From the NCBI GenBank assembly GCA_965202625.1, contig CBDBBI010000010.1:1902468-1966467 (forward strand): DNA of 64,000 bases, in the 5' to 3' direction. The notes under the pieces are model-generated. The model was given only the letters and a program-made list of their open reading frames with translations. It was not told where the DNA came from and made no database searches. The position numbers and the translations under genes are program-made. This stretch comes from a bacterium. GTDB lineage: Bacteria; UBA8248. Of the stretch, positions 18,815 through 29,624 are shown piece after piece (positions within the stretch are counted from its first letter, which is position 1; each line of letters opens with the position of its first letter).

Positions 18815-19477
18815 TCAAACCGCAGCGAACATCTCGCGCAAATTCGAAGCCACCTGCAAAGGCGCCCCCGTTTTTTTCCGCACCTCGTCCTCACTCACTC
18901 CAGGGGCGAGCTCTCGAAGCAAGAGCCCCTCCCTTTCTACCGTGATAAACGCCAAATCGGTGACGATGACATCCACCACGCCCTTTCCGGTGAAAGGTAA
19001 AGTGCACGCCTCCACGATTTTGGGGGACCCTTGCCTCGAAACGTGCTCCATGGTGAGGATAACTTTCTTCGCCCCTACGACAAGATCCATCGCGCCCCCC
19101 ATTCCGCTTATCATCTTTCCGGGTATCGCCCAGTTCGCCAAATCGCCGTTTCCAGCGACTTGCATCGCGCCCAAAATGGTGACGTCGACATGCCCGCCCC
19201 TGACCATGGAGAACGACGTGGCGCTATCAAAATATGAACCGCCTGGCAAAAGCGTTACGGTCTCCTTGCTCGCATTCAGCAAATCAGGATCCTCATCTCC
19301 CTCATAGGGAAACGGTCCTACGCCCAACACGCCGTTCTCCGAATGGATGGTGACTCCATGCTCCCCAGATATGTAATTGCTCACCAACGTGGGAATGCCC
19401 AGCCCAAGGTTGACATAACTACCTCGCGGCACCTCCAGGGCCGCGCGCCTGGCGATATCGTTTCTATCAAGAGGCAC
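18815..19477 (-). CDS. 3-oxoacid CoA-transferase subunit B
   Basis: Family I CoA-transferase beta-subunit similarity ('NGVLGVGP', '[20 protein letters not shown]'). Confidence 0.85.
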   Translation of the reverse strand: MPLDRNDIARRAALEVPRGSYVNLGLGIPTLVSNYISGEHGVTIHSENGVLGVGPFPYEGDEDPDLLNASKETVTLLPGGSYFDSATSFSMVRGGHVDVTILGAMQVAGNGDLANWAIPGKMISGMGGAMDLVVGAKKVILTMEHVSRQGSPKIVEACTLPFTGKGVVDVIVTDLAFITVEREGLLLRELAPGVSEDEVRKKTGAPLQVASNLREMFAAV

Positions 19478-20207
19478 GTTCGTTCTCCCCGCGGCCGCTT
19501 CGAGACCGATTCGTTATAATTTCCATAGGTTTCTCGGCGTCCTCGCCCAAGACCACGCGCTGCACAAAAATTCCTGGCGTATGCACGTTTTCTGGCGCGA
19601 TCTCGCCGACGGCAACAATTTCTTCCACTTCGGCGATGGTCACTCTGGCGGCAGTGGCCATGATGGGATTAAAATTTCGCGCGCTCATCCTGTATGTCAG
19701 ATTGCCGCGCTCGTCTCCCTTCCAGGCCTTGATGAGGGCGTAATCCGCGCGGATAGGTTCCTCAAAAATATGTTCTCGCCCATCGATCATTCGCGTCTCT
19801 TTCCCTTCGGCTACGACTGTGCCTGCTCCCGTTGGCGTAAAAAAACCGCCAATGCCAGCTCCGCCCGCTCGAATCCGTTCGGCGAATGTGCCTTGAGGCG
19901 ATAGCTCAACTTCAATTTCGCCGCTCAACGCCTGTTCTTCATACGCCCTGCAAGCCGGGCCCACGCGACTGGCGACGATGGACCGCACTTGTCGATTTTC
20001 AAACATCGCGCCCGCTCCCCAACCGTCCATTCCGCCCGCGTTTGACACCAAGTGGAAATCCCCAACACCTTCTCGCTCGCTCAACGCCTTGCATAAATTA
20101 TGCGCCATCCCGCATATGCCAAATCCGCCGATAAGAATCGACGCGCCTTCGGGAATATCAGAAACAGCGTCTTTGGAATTCGAGACAATTTTGGACAAAT
20201 CAACCAC
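19467..20207 (-). CDS. 3-oxoacid CoA-transferase subunit A
   Basis: Alpha-subunit motifs ('[15 protein letters not shown]', '[22 protein letters not shown]'). Confidence 0.85.
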   Translation of the reverse strand: MVDLSKIVSNSKDAVSDIPEGASILIGGFGICGMAHNLCKALSEREGVGDFHLVSNAGGMDGWGAGAMFENRQVRSIVASRVGPACRAYEEQALSGEIEVELSPQGTFAERIRAGGAGIGGFFTPTGAGTVVAEGKETRMIDGREHIFEEPIRADYALIKAWKGDERGNLTYRMSARNFNPIMATAARVTIAEVEEIVAVGEIAPENVHTPGIFVQRVVLGEDAEKPMEIITNRSRSGRGENERAS

Positions 20208-20284
20208 CCCGATGAAAAATTTTCATTGTTCCTGTTCGACGTGAGCACGCGCTTGCTCACCCAATCATGGCGATGCAATCTCGA

Positions 20285-22495
20285 TCAGCTTTCCATCACT
20301 CGCCCCACCAATGCTTTCACCGGCGAATAATGCTTATACACGATTACGGTTTTATTCGTGTGTTTCGCAACGTTCTCAGGAATGGAGCCAAAAAGAATCT
20401 GCTTGTAAAAGCTCTCTCCAGCAGCGCCCATGGCAATGGCGTCATATTCTTCGGCCGCCCGAATGATCCCGACAGAAACCGATTTGCGCGTGATGATTTT
20501 GCTCTCCACATGCGCGCTGCTCTCATCGTTAATTCGGCCCACCGCCTCGCTAAGCTCTTGTTCAACGGAATGCTTGTGCGCATCTCCGTCTGCCGGAGAA
20601 ACAACTGTCGACACAACGATCTTGGCGTTGTAAGCCTTCGCTATCAGAGCGGTGTATCGTTCCGCCAAGCGCGCATGTACGCCCCCGGTTGTCGGTAAAA
20701 GAATATTGTTAAATTTCATCTCACCCACAAGTTTCACCAGCATGATATCCGCCCGGGCGAGTTTGACGACATCGTCCACTATCTCACCCAAAATCTTGTT
20801 GCCGGTAGAGGTATAGCCCTTCCAGCCAAGAGCGATCAGATCACAGTCGCGCTCTCTCGCCGTTTCAAGGATGGCGCGCGCCGGATTGCGGCCGATAGTT
20901 ACGAGAGAGCTGCTTTTGACACCGTTCTCCTTCGCGCGGGCATGGGCTTGCTCCAAAATTTTCCTTTCGCGCTCAACGTATGCAGTTTCTTGGCTCATCG
21001 GCGCCTGCTCAGGCAAGGACACAACGCGCATGGTGATTATTTCGCCATCATTTTCTTTGGCGATCGCCGACGCCAGATCTATCAGGGGGGCCACGTTCGT
21101 TGGGTTTGCGAGAGGAACCAACACGCGGAAATCACTCTCCTCGCCCTCCATACTCACCCGCGCTACGCGGGATGGCTCGCCCGGCAAAAACTCCTCTTCA
21201 GCCTGAGCGCCTTTCCATGCCAGAAAGCCGAGCATCCCCAAGATCAACCACAGGACGGCCATCACAACCGGCTCTGGGTGCTGGAGTATCAGAGAAAGCA
21301 AATATACGTTTGCGCCAATCCCCAAAAACGGCAACAACGGAACCAGCGGAACACGAAAAGGCCGCATCAGGCGGGGAAACTTCTTTCGGTGATATATGAG
21401 CGCCGCGTTCACCAACATCAACGCCAACAAAAGAATGGTGTCCGCGAAATGCGCCAGATTTTCCAGGTGAAAACTTTGCGCCAAAACAACGATGGTTCCT
21501 CCCATCAGAACAAGCGAGACAATGGGAGTGCGCGTCTGCGGGTTGATAGCGGCGATGCCCGATGGCAAGTGACCCAACTGCGCCATGGAAAGCACAACGC
21601 GCGAGCCCGCCAAAATGGATGCGTTAGACGCGGAGATCATCGAAAAAAGCGCGCCTATGATAATCACCATACCGCCAATGGGGCCCAGGAAAAGACGCGC
21701 CGCATTGCCCATGGCCGCTTCAGTATATTCCGTGAGATTCGCAGCGACGATGACAAAGACCACCAAAGTGTATAGAACCGTCACGATCGCCATGGAAAGA
21801 AATATCGCGCGAGGAATCGTCTTGATTGGACTGGTGACTTCTCCAGCCGACGCCGCAATCGCCGAGAAACCAAAAAAAGTAACAAAAACCAAACCCGCCG
21901 TCGCTCCAATTTTTGGAATGTCCGTGCTCATCCTCTCCACCAGGACTTTTACGTCCACACTCCCCAATCCGCCGTAAACGAACCAGAACAAAAGAATGAC
22001 CTTTCCCAAGGTGACGAGGACCTGAAAGCGGGCCGATTCTTTCGTTCCCTTGATGTTCAACAAAACGAGACATATGAGCCCTACGATTCCAGACATTTGC
22101 TCATAAGGAGAATGCCAAACGAATTCGTTGAAATACGAGGAGAGACTGCTGATATAAAAGGCGCACGAGGAGGCGTAGCCAAGCACCAGAGTCCAGCCCA
22201 CAAGATAGGCGAGCGGCGGAGAAAACGTTTTCCTTGCATAGAGATATCCTTCTCCGGATTCCGGATACAAAGAGGAGAATTCACAATAGGTGAGCGCCGT
22301 GAATGCGGCGATAAGCGCAGCCAGAAGAAAAGCGATGATGGCGGATGAGCCCACGTTCCTGACGGCTAGGCCAGACAGCGTAAAAATACCTGCCGCTATC
22401 ATCGTGCCGACGCCGATAGAGAGCGCAGACGCGAGCCCTAAATCTCGGCGGAGTTCGGTCTCTATGTGGAGCTTGTTGCCGTTGGGTTTGCTCAT
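20285..22495 (-). CDS. APC-family amino-acid permease fused to two C-terminal universal stress protein (UspA) domains
   Basis: About 12 TM helices with APC signatures, then two USP-like alpha/beta domains ('VLVPLANPTNV...', 'ILLPTTGGVHARLA'). Start taken at 'MSKPNG'. The ATGA overlaps the upstream hydrolase stop. Confidence 0.8.
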   Translation of the reverse strand: MSKPNGNKLHIETELRRDLGLASALSIGVGTMIAAGIFTLSGLAVRNVGSSAIIAFLLAALIAAFTALTYCEFSSLYPESGEGYLYARKTFSPPLAYLVGWTLVLGYASSCAFYISSLSSYFNEFVWHSPYEQMSGIVGLICLVLLNIKGTKESARFQVLVTLGKVILLFWFVYGGLGSVDVKVLVERMSTDIPKIGATAGLVFVTFFGFSAIAASAGEVTSPIKTIPRAIFLSMAIVTVLYTLVVFVIVAANLTEYTEAAMGNAARLFLGPIGGMVIIIGALFSMISASNASILAGSRVVLSMAQLGHLPSGIAAINPQTRTPIVSLVLMGGTIVVLAQSFHLENLAHFADTILLLALMLVNAALIYHRKKFPRLMRPFRVPLVPLLPFLGIGANVYLLSLILQHPEPVVMAVLWLILGMLGFLAWKGAQAEEEFLPGEPSRVARVSMEGEESDFRVLVPLANPTNVAPLIDLASAIAKENDGEIITMRVVSLPEQAPMSQETAYVERERKILEQAHARAKENGVKSSSLVTIGRNPARAILETARERDCDLIALGWKGYTSTGNKILGEIVDDVVKLARADIMLVKLVGEMKFNNILLPTTGGVHARLAERYTALIAKAYNAKIVVSTVVSPADGDAHKHSVEQELSEAVGRINDESSAHVESKIITRKSVSVGIIRAAEEYDAIAMGAAGESFYKQILFGSIPENVAKHTNKTVIVYKHYSPVKALVGRVMES

Positions 22496-23355
22496 TTCAA
22501 ATCTGCCAGAAATTTCTTCAGTTCTCGCCACACGAGGGATGGCTGAGAAACGCTCGGAAAATGACCAGATTTCGCGCATACGACCACACGCGACTTGATG
22601 GGCAGAGCTTTCATGAGCGATTTTTCCGACTCCGCGCTGAATCGCCTGCTTTCTCCTCCACGAAACACGAGAGAGGGACATTGTGTTCTCTTTGCCCAGG
22701 AAATGGGGTCGTAATCGCTCTTTGAAGTCGCCTGAAATTCCCGTAGCCGCAGAAATCTACTTTTCTCATAAGGAACCTTGCAAACGCCGTTTGCACCATC
22801 ACATACCAAAATATCCGACAAGAACCGCTTCGTCTCAGCAGGCGGCCAATGCCCCTCTTCATGCGTCGTGATGAATTTCTGGGCCTGCGTCAAGCTCTTG
22901 AATTCCACCGGTCGATTGCGAGCCGCCGCCAGGTCGGCGCCGGCGTCCGATCCGCCACCCATCGCTGGGTCCATCAACACGGTTGCGGCAACGCGATCCG
23001 GGCGATTCGCGGCGACAGCCAGAGCGATGGCACCGGCAAAGGAATGGCCCATGACCACGAAGCGATCGAGCAAAAGCGAATCGGCGAGGCCGATGACGTC
23101 TCTTGCGAAATCCGCGGCGGCGTCCCCACCGCCCGGGTCTTCCGTTCTCCCATATCCTCTTTGATCCGGACATACCATGCGTATCGCGCCCGCGCCCTCC
23201 GCCGTGGCGTTCCACATGCTGCCCCGACTCAACGATCCATGCAGCGCGATGACGGGTAAAAACGAATTTCTCCTTGCCGGCCTCCACTCCCGGAACGACA
23301 TTCGAAAATTCGACACCGTCTCAAAACCCGCATACCAACCGCCTTCGCCGTTCAT
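22492..23355 (-). CDS. alpha/beta-fold hydrolase
   Basis: Nucleophile elbow 'GHSFAG'. HG oxyanion region 'VIALHG'. Confidence 0.75.
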   Translation of the reverse strand: MNGEGGWYAGFETVSNFRMSFREWRPARRNSFLPVIALHGSLSRGSMWNATAEGAGAIRMVCPDQRGYGRTEDPGGGDAAADFARDVIGLADSLLLDRFVVMGHSFAGAIALAVAANRPDRVAATVLMDPAMGGGSDAGADLAAARNRPVEFKSLTQAQKFITTHEEGHWPPAETKRFLSDILVCDGANGVCKVPYEKSRFLRLREFQATSKSDYDPISWAKRTQCPSLVFRGGESRRFSAESEKSLMKALPIKSRVVVCAKSGHFPSVSQPSLVWRELKKFLADLK

Positions 23356-23502
23356 ACGAACCTCTCTGGAAAATGAAATTTATGCGGAGGGAATTTCACC
23401 TGCTCAAGAAAACGATTGCCCATTCCCTTGCCGTAAGGATAAACCAACGAGCGAAAATTCGCTCACGTAAGCGAGGGGAGCGTTCGCCGAGACGCGAAGT
23501 CG

Positions 23503-24099
23503 CTAGGAAGAGTCGCTCGTGTAGGAAACGGCTACCCGGCGCGCGTAAAAGCGACTTTTCTCATCGTCCACGGGTTCAAAGAAATGACACGTCTCCAGGT
23601 CGCGCGGGTAGATGTGGATGGAAACCGCCACTTCATCACGCCGATTGCACACCGCGTGGATGTCCGCGCAGCCGCAAACCGCGTTCGGTGCACCGGCCAA
23701 AGGCGCGTGGGGGGCGTCTCTCCTCAGCGTGACCTCCCCCTCGGCGATCTCCGCATCCGCAAAATAATTCACCACTTCCAGGCCGCCCCGCACCATGCCG
23801 AGCAGCCCCCACGACCCGTTGTGATCGTGAATCGGGGTGCCTTGCCCAGGTTTCCAGACCATGGCCGCAACCACGAAGCGCTCCTTGGGGTCCCGATAGA
23901 GAAGATAACGCGCGTAGCTCTCCTCAGAGGGGCGCATCGCCTCCAGAGGGAGGAAAGAAACCGCGCCCAGCAAGCGTTCCAAAGGCGCCGCCGCCGCGCG
24001 AATGAAGTCGCGCTCACGCGCGCCCGTCTCGTGGACGCCCGCCAAATCCTCCGCCAAGCGCACGATAGGGGAGGTAGGCTCAATGGCTGTTTCCATCAT
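23503..24099 (-). CDS. cysteine dioxygenase type I-like cupin (thiol dioxygenase family)
   Basis: Cupin metal site 'IHDHNGSWG' and general CDO/3-mercaptopropionate dioxygenase-like layout. Confidence 0.65.
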   Translation of the reverse strand: MMETAIEPTSPIVRLAEDLAGVHETGARERDFIRAAAAPLERLLGAVSFLPLEAMRPSEESYARYLLYRDPKERFVVAAMVWKPGQGTPIHDHNGSWGLLGMVRGGLEVVNYFADAEIAEGEVTLRRDAPHAPLAGAPNAVCGCADIHAVCNRRDEVAVSIHIYPRDLETCHFFEPVDDEKSRFYARRVAVSYTSDSS

Positions 24100-24310
24100 G
24101 ATCTCCTCGGCGAAATGAACAAAAACCTTATTCTATCCATAGTTGGAGAACCACCTGGGCCACCGTTGCGCAGAGAAAGAGAGCGTTCTTCCCTCGCTTG
24201 GGCGCGCCGGTTTTCTCTTCAGAACCTCCCATAGCCATTATCGGGACTTTCGCATTTTTTCGCACACTTCCACATATGAGAATTTTCATTGAACGGAATC
24301 GCCCGCCTCA

Positions 24311-25129
24311 TCAAGGCGTCCAGGGGTGATTCGGTTCGACGAGCGCGCCGGGGGAGTCCGCCGTCTCCAGCGCGTCGATCATGTCGCGCAGCACCGCGCG
24401 CTGCTGCGCAGTATTCCCCGGCGTCCCGAAAGGATGGCCAAGCGGCCAAGGCAGAAAGACCACTCTCGGCGGCGCCAGGGCGAGCGTAATCTCCTTGACG
24501 AGGCTCACCGAGACTGTCGCCATCCCCGCCCTTTCCATCGCTTTCTGAATCACCCCGACCGAGCGATGGCACAACCCTCACGCCGGAGCGAGCAACACGC
24601 CCTCCGCGCCCGCCTCGAGAAGGCGTCTCGCCGCCGCCGGGGCCGTCTCCTCGATCAGTCGCTCCAGGAGTTCGCCGTCGATATGGCCCATGAAGCTCAG
24701 ATGCGCGGAGGAGACGCCGCCTATCACGCCCTCCTCCGCCAGCTTCGCGAGCCGCTCATGGGGAAAGACGACGTTCAAGTCCTCATCCGCCCCTCGGTGA
24801 TCGTAATAGTCGTGCGTGATCATCAGCGTGTCGCGCGCGGCTCCGGCGGGTATTTCCCGAAACGTGGGGTCGCCGTCGGGGTTGTCCATGTCGAAAGGGT
24901 GCTGTTCCTTGAGATGAACGCCCCCGGTCGTCACCAGCCCGATGCGGCATTCGCGCACCGGCTTTGCGAGCCGCGTCCAGGGCGTGGACTCCGCCCCCGC
25001 CAGAGATTCGCTTTCCAGGGAGAAATCCCGACCCTTGGCCCATCTGCGCACCAGATGCGGATAGCGTGTCAGAAGACGCGCCACCATTCGGTCCTTCCAC
25101 CTGCGCAGGTTCATCGAAATTTCCTGCAA
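24311..25129 (-). CDS. glycine/sarcosine/betaine/D-proline reductase selenoprotein B (GrdB/PrdB)-family protein, selenocysteine encoded by in-frame TGA
   Basis: Two same-frame ORFs (25129..24578 and 24574..24311) are separated only by TGA-GGG. Read-through gives '...VLLAPA-U-GL-CHRSVG...' with a UxxC arrangement. An 8-bp perfect hairpin 'CCAUCGCU...AGCGAUGG' starts 9 nt 3' of the UGA. The N-terminal half ('TTGGVH', 'ITHDYYDHRG', 'NVVFP') resembles the GRDB family. Confidence 0.65.
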
Positions 25130-25617
25130 GCCCGGCGGATTCGTTCCAGACGTCCAGGGCCGCGCACCGCCCGTCCGTCGCCGCCCGTACTAAGCCCACG
25201 ACCGGCGCGATGGCCGGGCTCGCAACCCGCAAGTTCGCCTCCCCCAATCCCCCAAAAGGCTGTCTCGAATTCCCTCATCGGTTCATCTTCCCGCTCGTTT
25301 GATGGATCGCGCGCCCATAAATCCATCTACCCTGCCCGCCAACGAAAGCAACACAGGAAAAAGCCACATGAAAGATCATTATCGTGGATTGCGACGGGAG
25401 GGGCAAACCGTTCGTCATCGCCCACCCGCCAAAAGATCGCCATTCCGTGATAGTTTCACACGGAACCCACAACCGGGGCGGGCCTTGACGCGCGACGTCT
25501 CAAACGGCTATGTTCCTGACGTTCGAGACCATTCACGGCAAATACGGAAAAGGCGCGAGAAGCGAACACCGTCCGCGCGCTCAGCCGCTCCGAGGATGCG
25601 AAAGTGACCACCCGAGA

Positions 25618-26325
25618 ATGAGCAAACCCCAACGAAATCTCTCGTATAAGAATTTCATCCCTCCGCTGGCTTTCATTGTCGTCCTCGCGCTGTTTTTCTG
25701 GTCGGGACTGGGGCGCTATCTCTCGTTCGAATCCTTAAGGGAGAACCAGGAGGCGCTCAAGACGTGGGTGAGCGCCTACGGCGCGCTCGCCGTCGTCGCC
25801 TACGTCCTCATCTACGCCGTGGTCACGGCCTTCTCCCTTCCCGGCGGGGCGGTGATGAGCATCACCGGAGGGTTTCTGTTCGGAAACATCTGGGGGACGC
25901 TCTATATCGTCGTGGGCGCAACGACAGGCGCGACGATTCTCTTCGCCGCTGCGAAGACGTCCCTTGGCGACCCCCTGCGCGCAAGGGCGGGGCCCTGGCT
26001 GCAGAAAATGGAGCGGGGCTTTCAGGAGAACGCTCTGAGCTATCTGCTCGTGCTGAGGCTCGTGCCCCTTTTTCCCTTCTTCGTGGTGAATCTCGTGCCC
26101 GCCTTCCTCGGGGTGTCCCTCGGCATCTATCTCACGGGTACGTTTCTCGGCATCATTCCCGGGGCTTTCGTATTCTCCTCGGTGGGCGCGGGGCTGGGCA
26201 GCATATTTCAGGCGGGAGGCGAGTTCTCCATCACGGGCATCCTAACGCCCCAGGTCGTCATCGCCCTCGTCGGTCTGGCCGTCCTCTCCCTCGTTCCGGT
26301 GGCCTACAAGAAATTCCGAAAATAG
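25618..26325 (+). CDS. DedA/TVP38/TMEM64-family membrane protein
   Basis: 'VTAFSLPGGAVMSITGGFLFG' and 'YLLVLRLVPLFPFFVVN' are the family core. Confidence 0.8.
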   Translation: MSKPQRNLSYKNFIPPLAFIVVLALFFWSGLGRYLSFESLRENQEALKTWVSAYGALAVVAYVLIYAVVTAFSLPGGAVMSITGGFLFGNIWGTLYIVVGATTGATILFAAAKTSLGDPLRARAGPWLQKMERGFQENALSYLLVLRLVPLFPFFVVNLVPAFLGVSLGIYLTGTFLGIIPGAFVFSSVGAGLGSIFQAGGEFSITGILTPQVVIALVGLAVLSLVPVAYKKFRK

Positions 26326-26426
26326 GAGCGAACCCCCCGCCGCCCATCCACGGGACGGAAATCGGCGTCGATATCGTCTGTCGCGAACGCTCTTCCACCT
26401 CGTTCACGGACGCGGCGGAGAGACGC

Positions 26427-26837
26427 TTATTGATTGGCGAAATACTCCGCGTCTTCTGACCTTTGCTTCCAGTTCGGGTTGGTGGGCCATTCCTTGTGGC
26501 GCGAGGCCTTGTCGCCCCCGTACCGCACCCGATAGAGCAGGGTGCGCTCCGCGCCGTTCGCGTATTCATGGAGCTCGCCCGGAGGATGAACGATGAAGGA
26601 GCCGGGGACGACGTCCACCTCGCCGGTCGGCGTCTTCATCCTGCCGCCACCCTTGTAGCAAAAATAGATTTCCGTGGCGTAGGGGTGGCAGTGGTAGGGG
26701 CTCACCTGGCCGGGCTCCCAGCAGGCCACCGTCACGTCGCCCTCCTCAAACCTCCCCAGAATCTTCTCCACGTGCTTCTCGTGGCTGAACTCCTTTTCCT
26801 TATCCAGATCAAAAACGTGCATGACTTCCTCTCCCAT
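26427..26837 (-). CDS. cupin domain protein
   Basis: Small beta-barrel protein with 'YHCHPYATEIYFCYKGGGRM' metal-site region. Confidence 0.65.
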   Translation of the reverse strand: MGEEVMHVFDLDKEKEFSHEKHVEKILGRFEEGDVTVACWEPGQVSPYHCHPYATEIYFCYKGGGRMKTPTGEVDVVPGSFIVHPPGELHEYANGAERTLLYRVRYGGDKASRHKEWPTNPNWKQRSEDAEYFANQ

Positions 26838-26894
26838 GCTTGCGAAAACGCGCGGCGCGCGACGGGACGAAGCCCCCGCACCCCTCCACGCAAC

Positions 26895-28259
26895 CTACAG
26901 GCGGCTGAACTCCTCGCAGATGGCAGCCATGTATTTCGCCCCGTCAACGAGATGCTCGATTTTCAAGTTTTCGTTCGCGCTATGCGTCCGCGAGGTGATC
27001 CGACCCACGCCGGTGGAGGCCAGCGGAATTCCCAGGTGCTTGAGGACGATCCAGGTCGGCGTGCTCCCGTTGCCAAAGGGATTGATGATGGCGTCCTCGC
27101 CATACAGCCTTCGGGACGCGCTCTCACAGGCCCGCACGATCTCGGCCTCGGGGTCGCTCTTCGCCGGATAGGAAGTGAACAGAAGCGTCACGTCCACGTC
27201 CTCAAACCCCAACCTGTCCAGGTGCGCGCGCACGCAGTCCCTGATCCTGAAGGGATCCTGGTTCGGCACGAGGCGGCAATCCACCTTCGCCCGCGCGCGG
27301 GCGGAGACGATGGTCTTCACCCCCTCTCCGGTATAGCCGCCGTCAAAGCCGGCGATGTTGAAAGTAGGATGCGCCAGATGCCGACGGGGCAGCTCCTCGT
27401 CCTTCATGTCAAGCAGAAATTTTCTCAAGCCGAATTTTTCAATCCGCTCCCGGCCGTCGTAGGGCCGAACGCGCCGAATGAGTTCATCCTCGGTTTCGGT
27501 GATCGGCAAAACGTCGTCGTAAAACCCCTCCACCAACACGTTCTCATTCTGATCCTTCATGGTGGAGAGCGCCCAGGTTATCCGCCAGGCCGCATTCTCA
27601 TATATTTGGGCGTTCGAGCTGTGGAAGTCCACGTTGGCCGTTCTGCAGGCGAGCTCCATATAGCAAAGCCCCTTGTTGCCGAGCGAGAGCACGGGGGTGT
27701 CCACCCGCGTGGTGTTGTCCTCCCAGACGCAGCCGTCGGCGGCGAGCAAATCGCGGTGCGCCTTCACGAAAGGCTCGAGAGAGGGGCTTCCCACCTCCTC
27801 CTCCCCCTCGATGAGATATTTTACGGTGCAGGGCAACTCGCCGCGCACCGCCAGAAACGCCTCGAACGCCGCCAGCCGGCTGACGATGTTGCCCTTGTTG
27901 TCCGTCGCCCCGCGCGCGATGACGTGTCCATCGACCACCTCGGCGTCGAAGGGCGGGCTGCTCCACTCGGAGAGGGGCTCCGCCGGCTGCACGTCGTAGT
28001 GGTTGTAGAACAGGAGAGTTTTCTCCTCCCTCCCCCCAAGGCGCGCGGTGAGTATCGGGTTGCCCGCCGTCTCGTGGAGCGTCGTCTCCAGTCCCGAGCG
28101 CGCCACGCGCGCCTCAAGCAGGGAGGCCATCTCCCTCACCCCGAGGTCCGTCGTGGAGACGCTCGGCTGGCGGCAGAGCTCCTGCAAATCCGCAACGTAG
28201 CGCTCCGCGTTCTCCTCGATATAGGCCAGCACGGCGCCAAATCCCTTCTTCCGGAGCAT
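26895..28259 (-). CDS. M20-family dipeptidase/deacylase (ArgE/DapE/ACY1-like)
   Basis: Shows the 'FYNHYDVQPAEP', 'RGATDNKG', 'EGEEEVGS' metal-binding motifs. Confidence 0.85.
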   Translation of the reverse strand: MLRKKGFGAVLAYIEENAERYVADLQELCRQPSVSTTDLGVREMASLLEARVARSGLETTLHETAGNPILTARLGGREEKTLLFYNHYDVQPAEPLSEWSSPPFDAEVVDGHVIARGATDNKGNIVSRLAAFEAFLAVRGELPCTVKYLIEGEEEVGSPSLEPFVKAHRDLLAADGCVWEDNTTRVDTPVLSLGNKGLCYMELACRTANVDFHSSNAQIYENAAWRITWALSTMKDQNENVLVEGFYDDVLPITETEDELIRRVRPYDGRERIEKFGLRKFLLDMKDEELPRRHLAHPTFNIAGFDGGYTGEGVKTIVSARARAKVDCRLVPNQDPFRIRDCVRAHLDRLGFEDVDVTLLFTSYPAKSDPEAEIVRACESASRRLYGEDAIINPFGNGSTPTWIVLKHLGIPLASTGVGRITSRTHSANENLKIEHLVDGAKYMAAICEEFSRL

Positions 28260-28448
28260 CGCATACCCCTCTATGTCTCTATGTCGTGAAACGCCTGCGG
28301 CGCATCGGTTTGATTATCCGCGTGGAACAAGGATATGATCTCTGCCTCATACGTTCAACCCGAAAACTCGCATTCGCCCGGCCCTTGGCGGACGCCGCCG
28401 GCGTCCGGGCTTCGACGTTTTCAGAATGCGGGGAAAAGGAGGTCGCTC

Positions 28449-29624
28449 ATGCCGGAAGCTCCTGCGAACACGAACTGGTTCACCTACTTTCCCGAGGACT
28501 ATCGATGGTCAGCCGCCATCTGCGGCATGGCGTCGAGCGCGCAGTGGGGCGGGGCCGAAATCGGTGAGATCGACAAGGTCTGTCGCCGTCTCTACAAAAA
28601 ACTCGGAGACGACGACCTCTGGTTTCAGGAGTGGGACCGCATGGGCGACGTCGTGCGGGATCTGGGGCTCGACGCCGAGCGCAAAAAGCGGAACCTCTCC
28701 GCCGCCTCCCACTACAAGCGCGCCGCTTGCTATTACCAGATGGGCGAGCGCTTCAAGACGCCCAAGGACAAAACGGCGGTAGCTACGTTCAAGAAATCGC
28801 TCGACGCCTTCCGCCGCTTCACGCACCTGACGGACCGGCCCAGAATCGAGGCCGTAGAGGTTCCCTTTGAGGGAAGAAAGAAGTTGCCCGGCTATCTGGC
28901 GCACGCCGAGAACACAAAAAGTAGAAAACCCCCCGTCGTGGTCTTCTTCGACGGACTCGACGTCAACAAGGAGCTGCAATACCTTCGCGGAGTGGAGGAC
29001 ATCGTCCGCCGGGGCATGAGCTGTCTGGTGATGGACGGCCCCGGCACGGGCGAGGCCATTCGCTTGCGCAACATCTACCTGCGCCCCGACTACGAGGTCG
29101 CAGGCTCCGCCGCGCTCGACTATCTCGAAGGAAGAGACGACGTGAACGCGAAGCGCGCGGGCGTCATGGCCATCAGCCTGGGCGGCTACTACGCCCCGCG
29201 CATCGCCAGCATGGAGCCGCGCTACAAGGCGTGTCTCGCCTGGGGGGCGATCTGGGACTACCACGCCACCTGGAAGAAGCGCATCGACGCCTCCTTCAAG
29301 GCGGAGCTCTCCGTTCCGGGCCATCACATCCAGTGGATTCTGAACGCAGCCTCGCTCAAGGACGCCCTCGTCAAGCTCGAGGGCTTCCGGCTGGATGGCG
29401 TGGTACAGAAGATGCAGTGTCCCTTTCTCCTCACGCACGGGGAGGACGACAAACAAATTCCGCTCACAGACGCCGAGGCGCTCTTCAACGCCGTCGGCTC
29501 CAAGGACAAAACGCTCAAGGTATTCACCGTGGAGGAGGGCGGCGCCCAGCACTGCCAGCGGGACAACTACGCCATAGGCACGGCCTATATGTTCGACTGG
29601 CTCCAGGAGAAGCTGGGCGCGTAG
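28449..29624 (+). CDS. alpha/beta hydrolase, 2,6-dihydroxypseudooxynicotine-hydrolase-like family (paralog 1)
   Basis: ATG at 28449 verified with RBS 'aaggagg'. Nucleophile elbow 'ISLGGYYA'. 'EGGAQHCQ' C-terminal region. Confidence 0.8.
   Translation: MPEAPANTNWFTYFPEDYRWSAAICGMASSAQWGGAEIGEIDKVCRRLYKKLGDDDLWFQEWDRMGDVVRDLGLDAERKKRNLSAASHYKRAACYYQMGERFKTPKDKTAVATFKKSLDAFRRFTHLTDRPRIEAVEVPFEGRKKLPGYLAHAENTKSRKPPVVVFFDGLDVNKELQYLRGVEDIVRRGMSCLVMDGPGTGEAIRLRNIYLRPDYEVAGSAALDYLEGRDDVNAKRAGVMAISLGGYYAPRIASMEPRYKACLAWGAIWDYHATWKKRIDASFKAELSVPGHHIQWILNAASLKDALVKLEGFRLDGVVQKMQCPFLLTHGEDDKQIPLTDAEALFNAVGSKDKTLKVFTVEEGGAQHCQRDNYAIGTAYMFDWLQEKLGA

Noticed and set aside
26463-28289. 608-aa + strand ORF antisense to the M20 peptidase
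   Set aside because: Spurious high-GC antisense frame. The M20 reading has all catalytic motifs.
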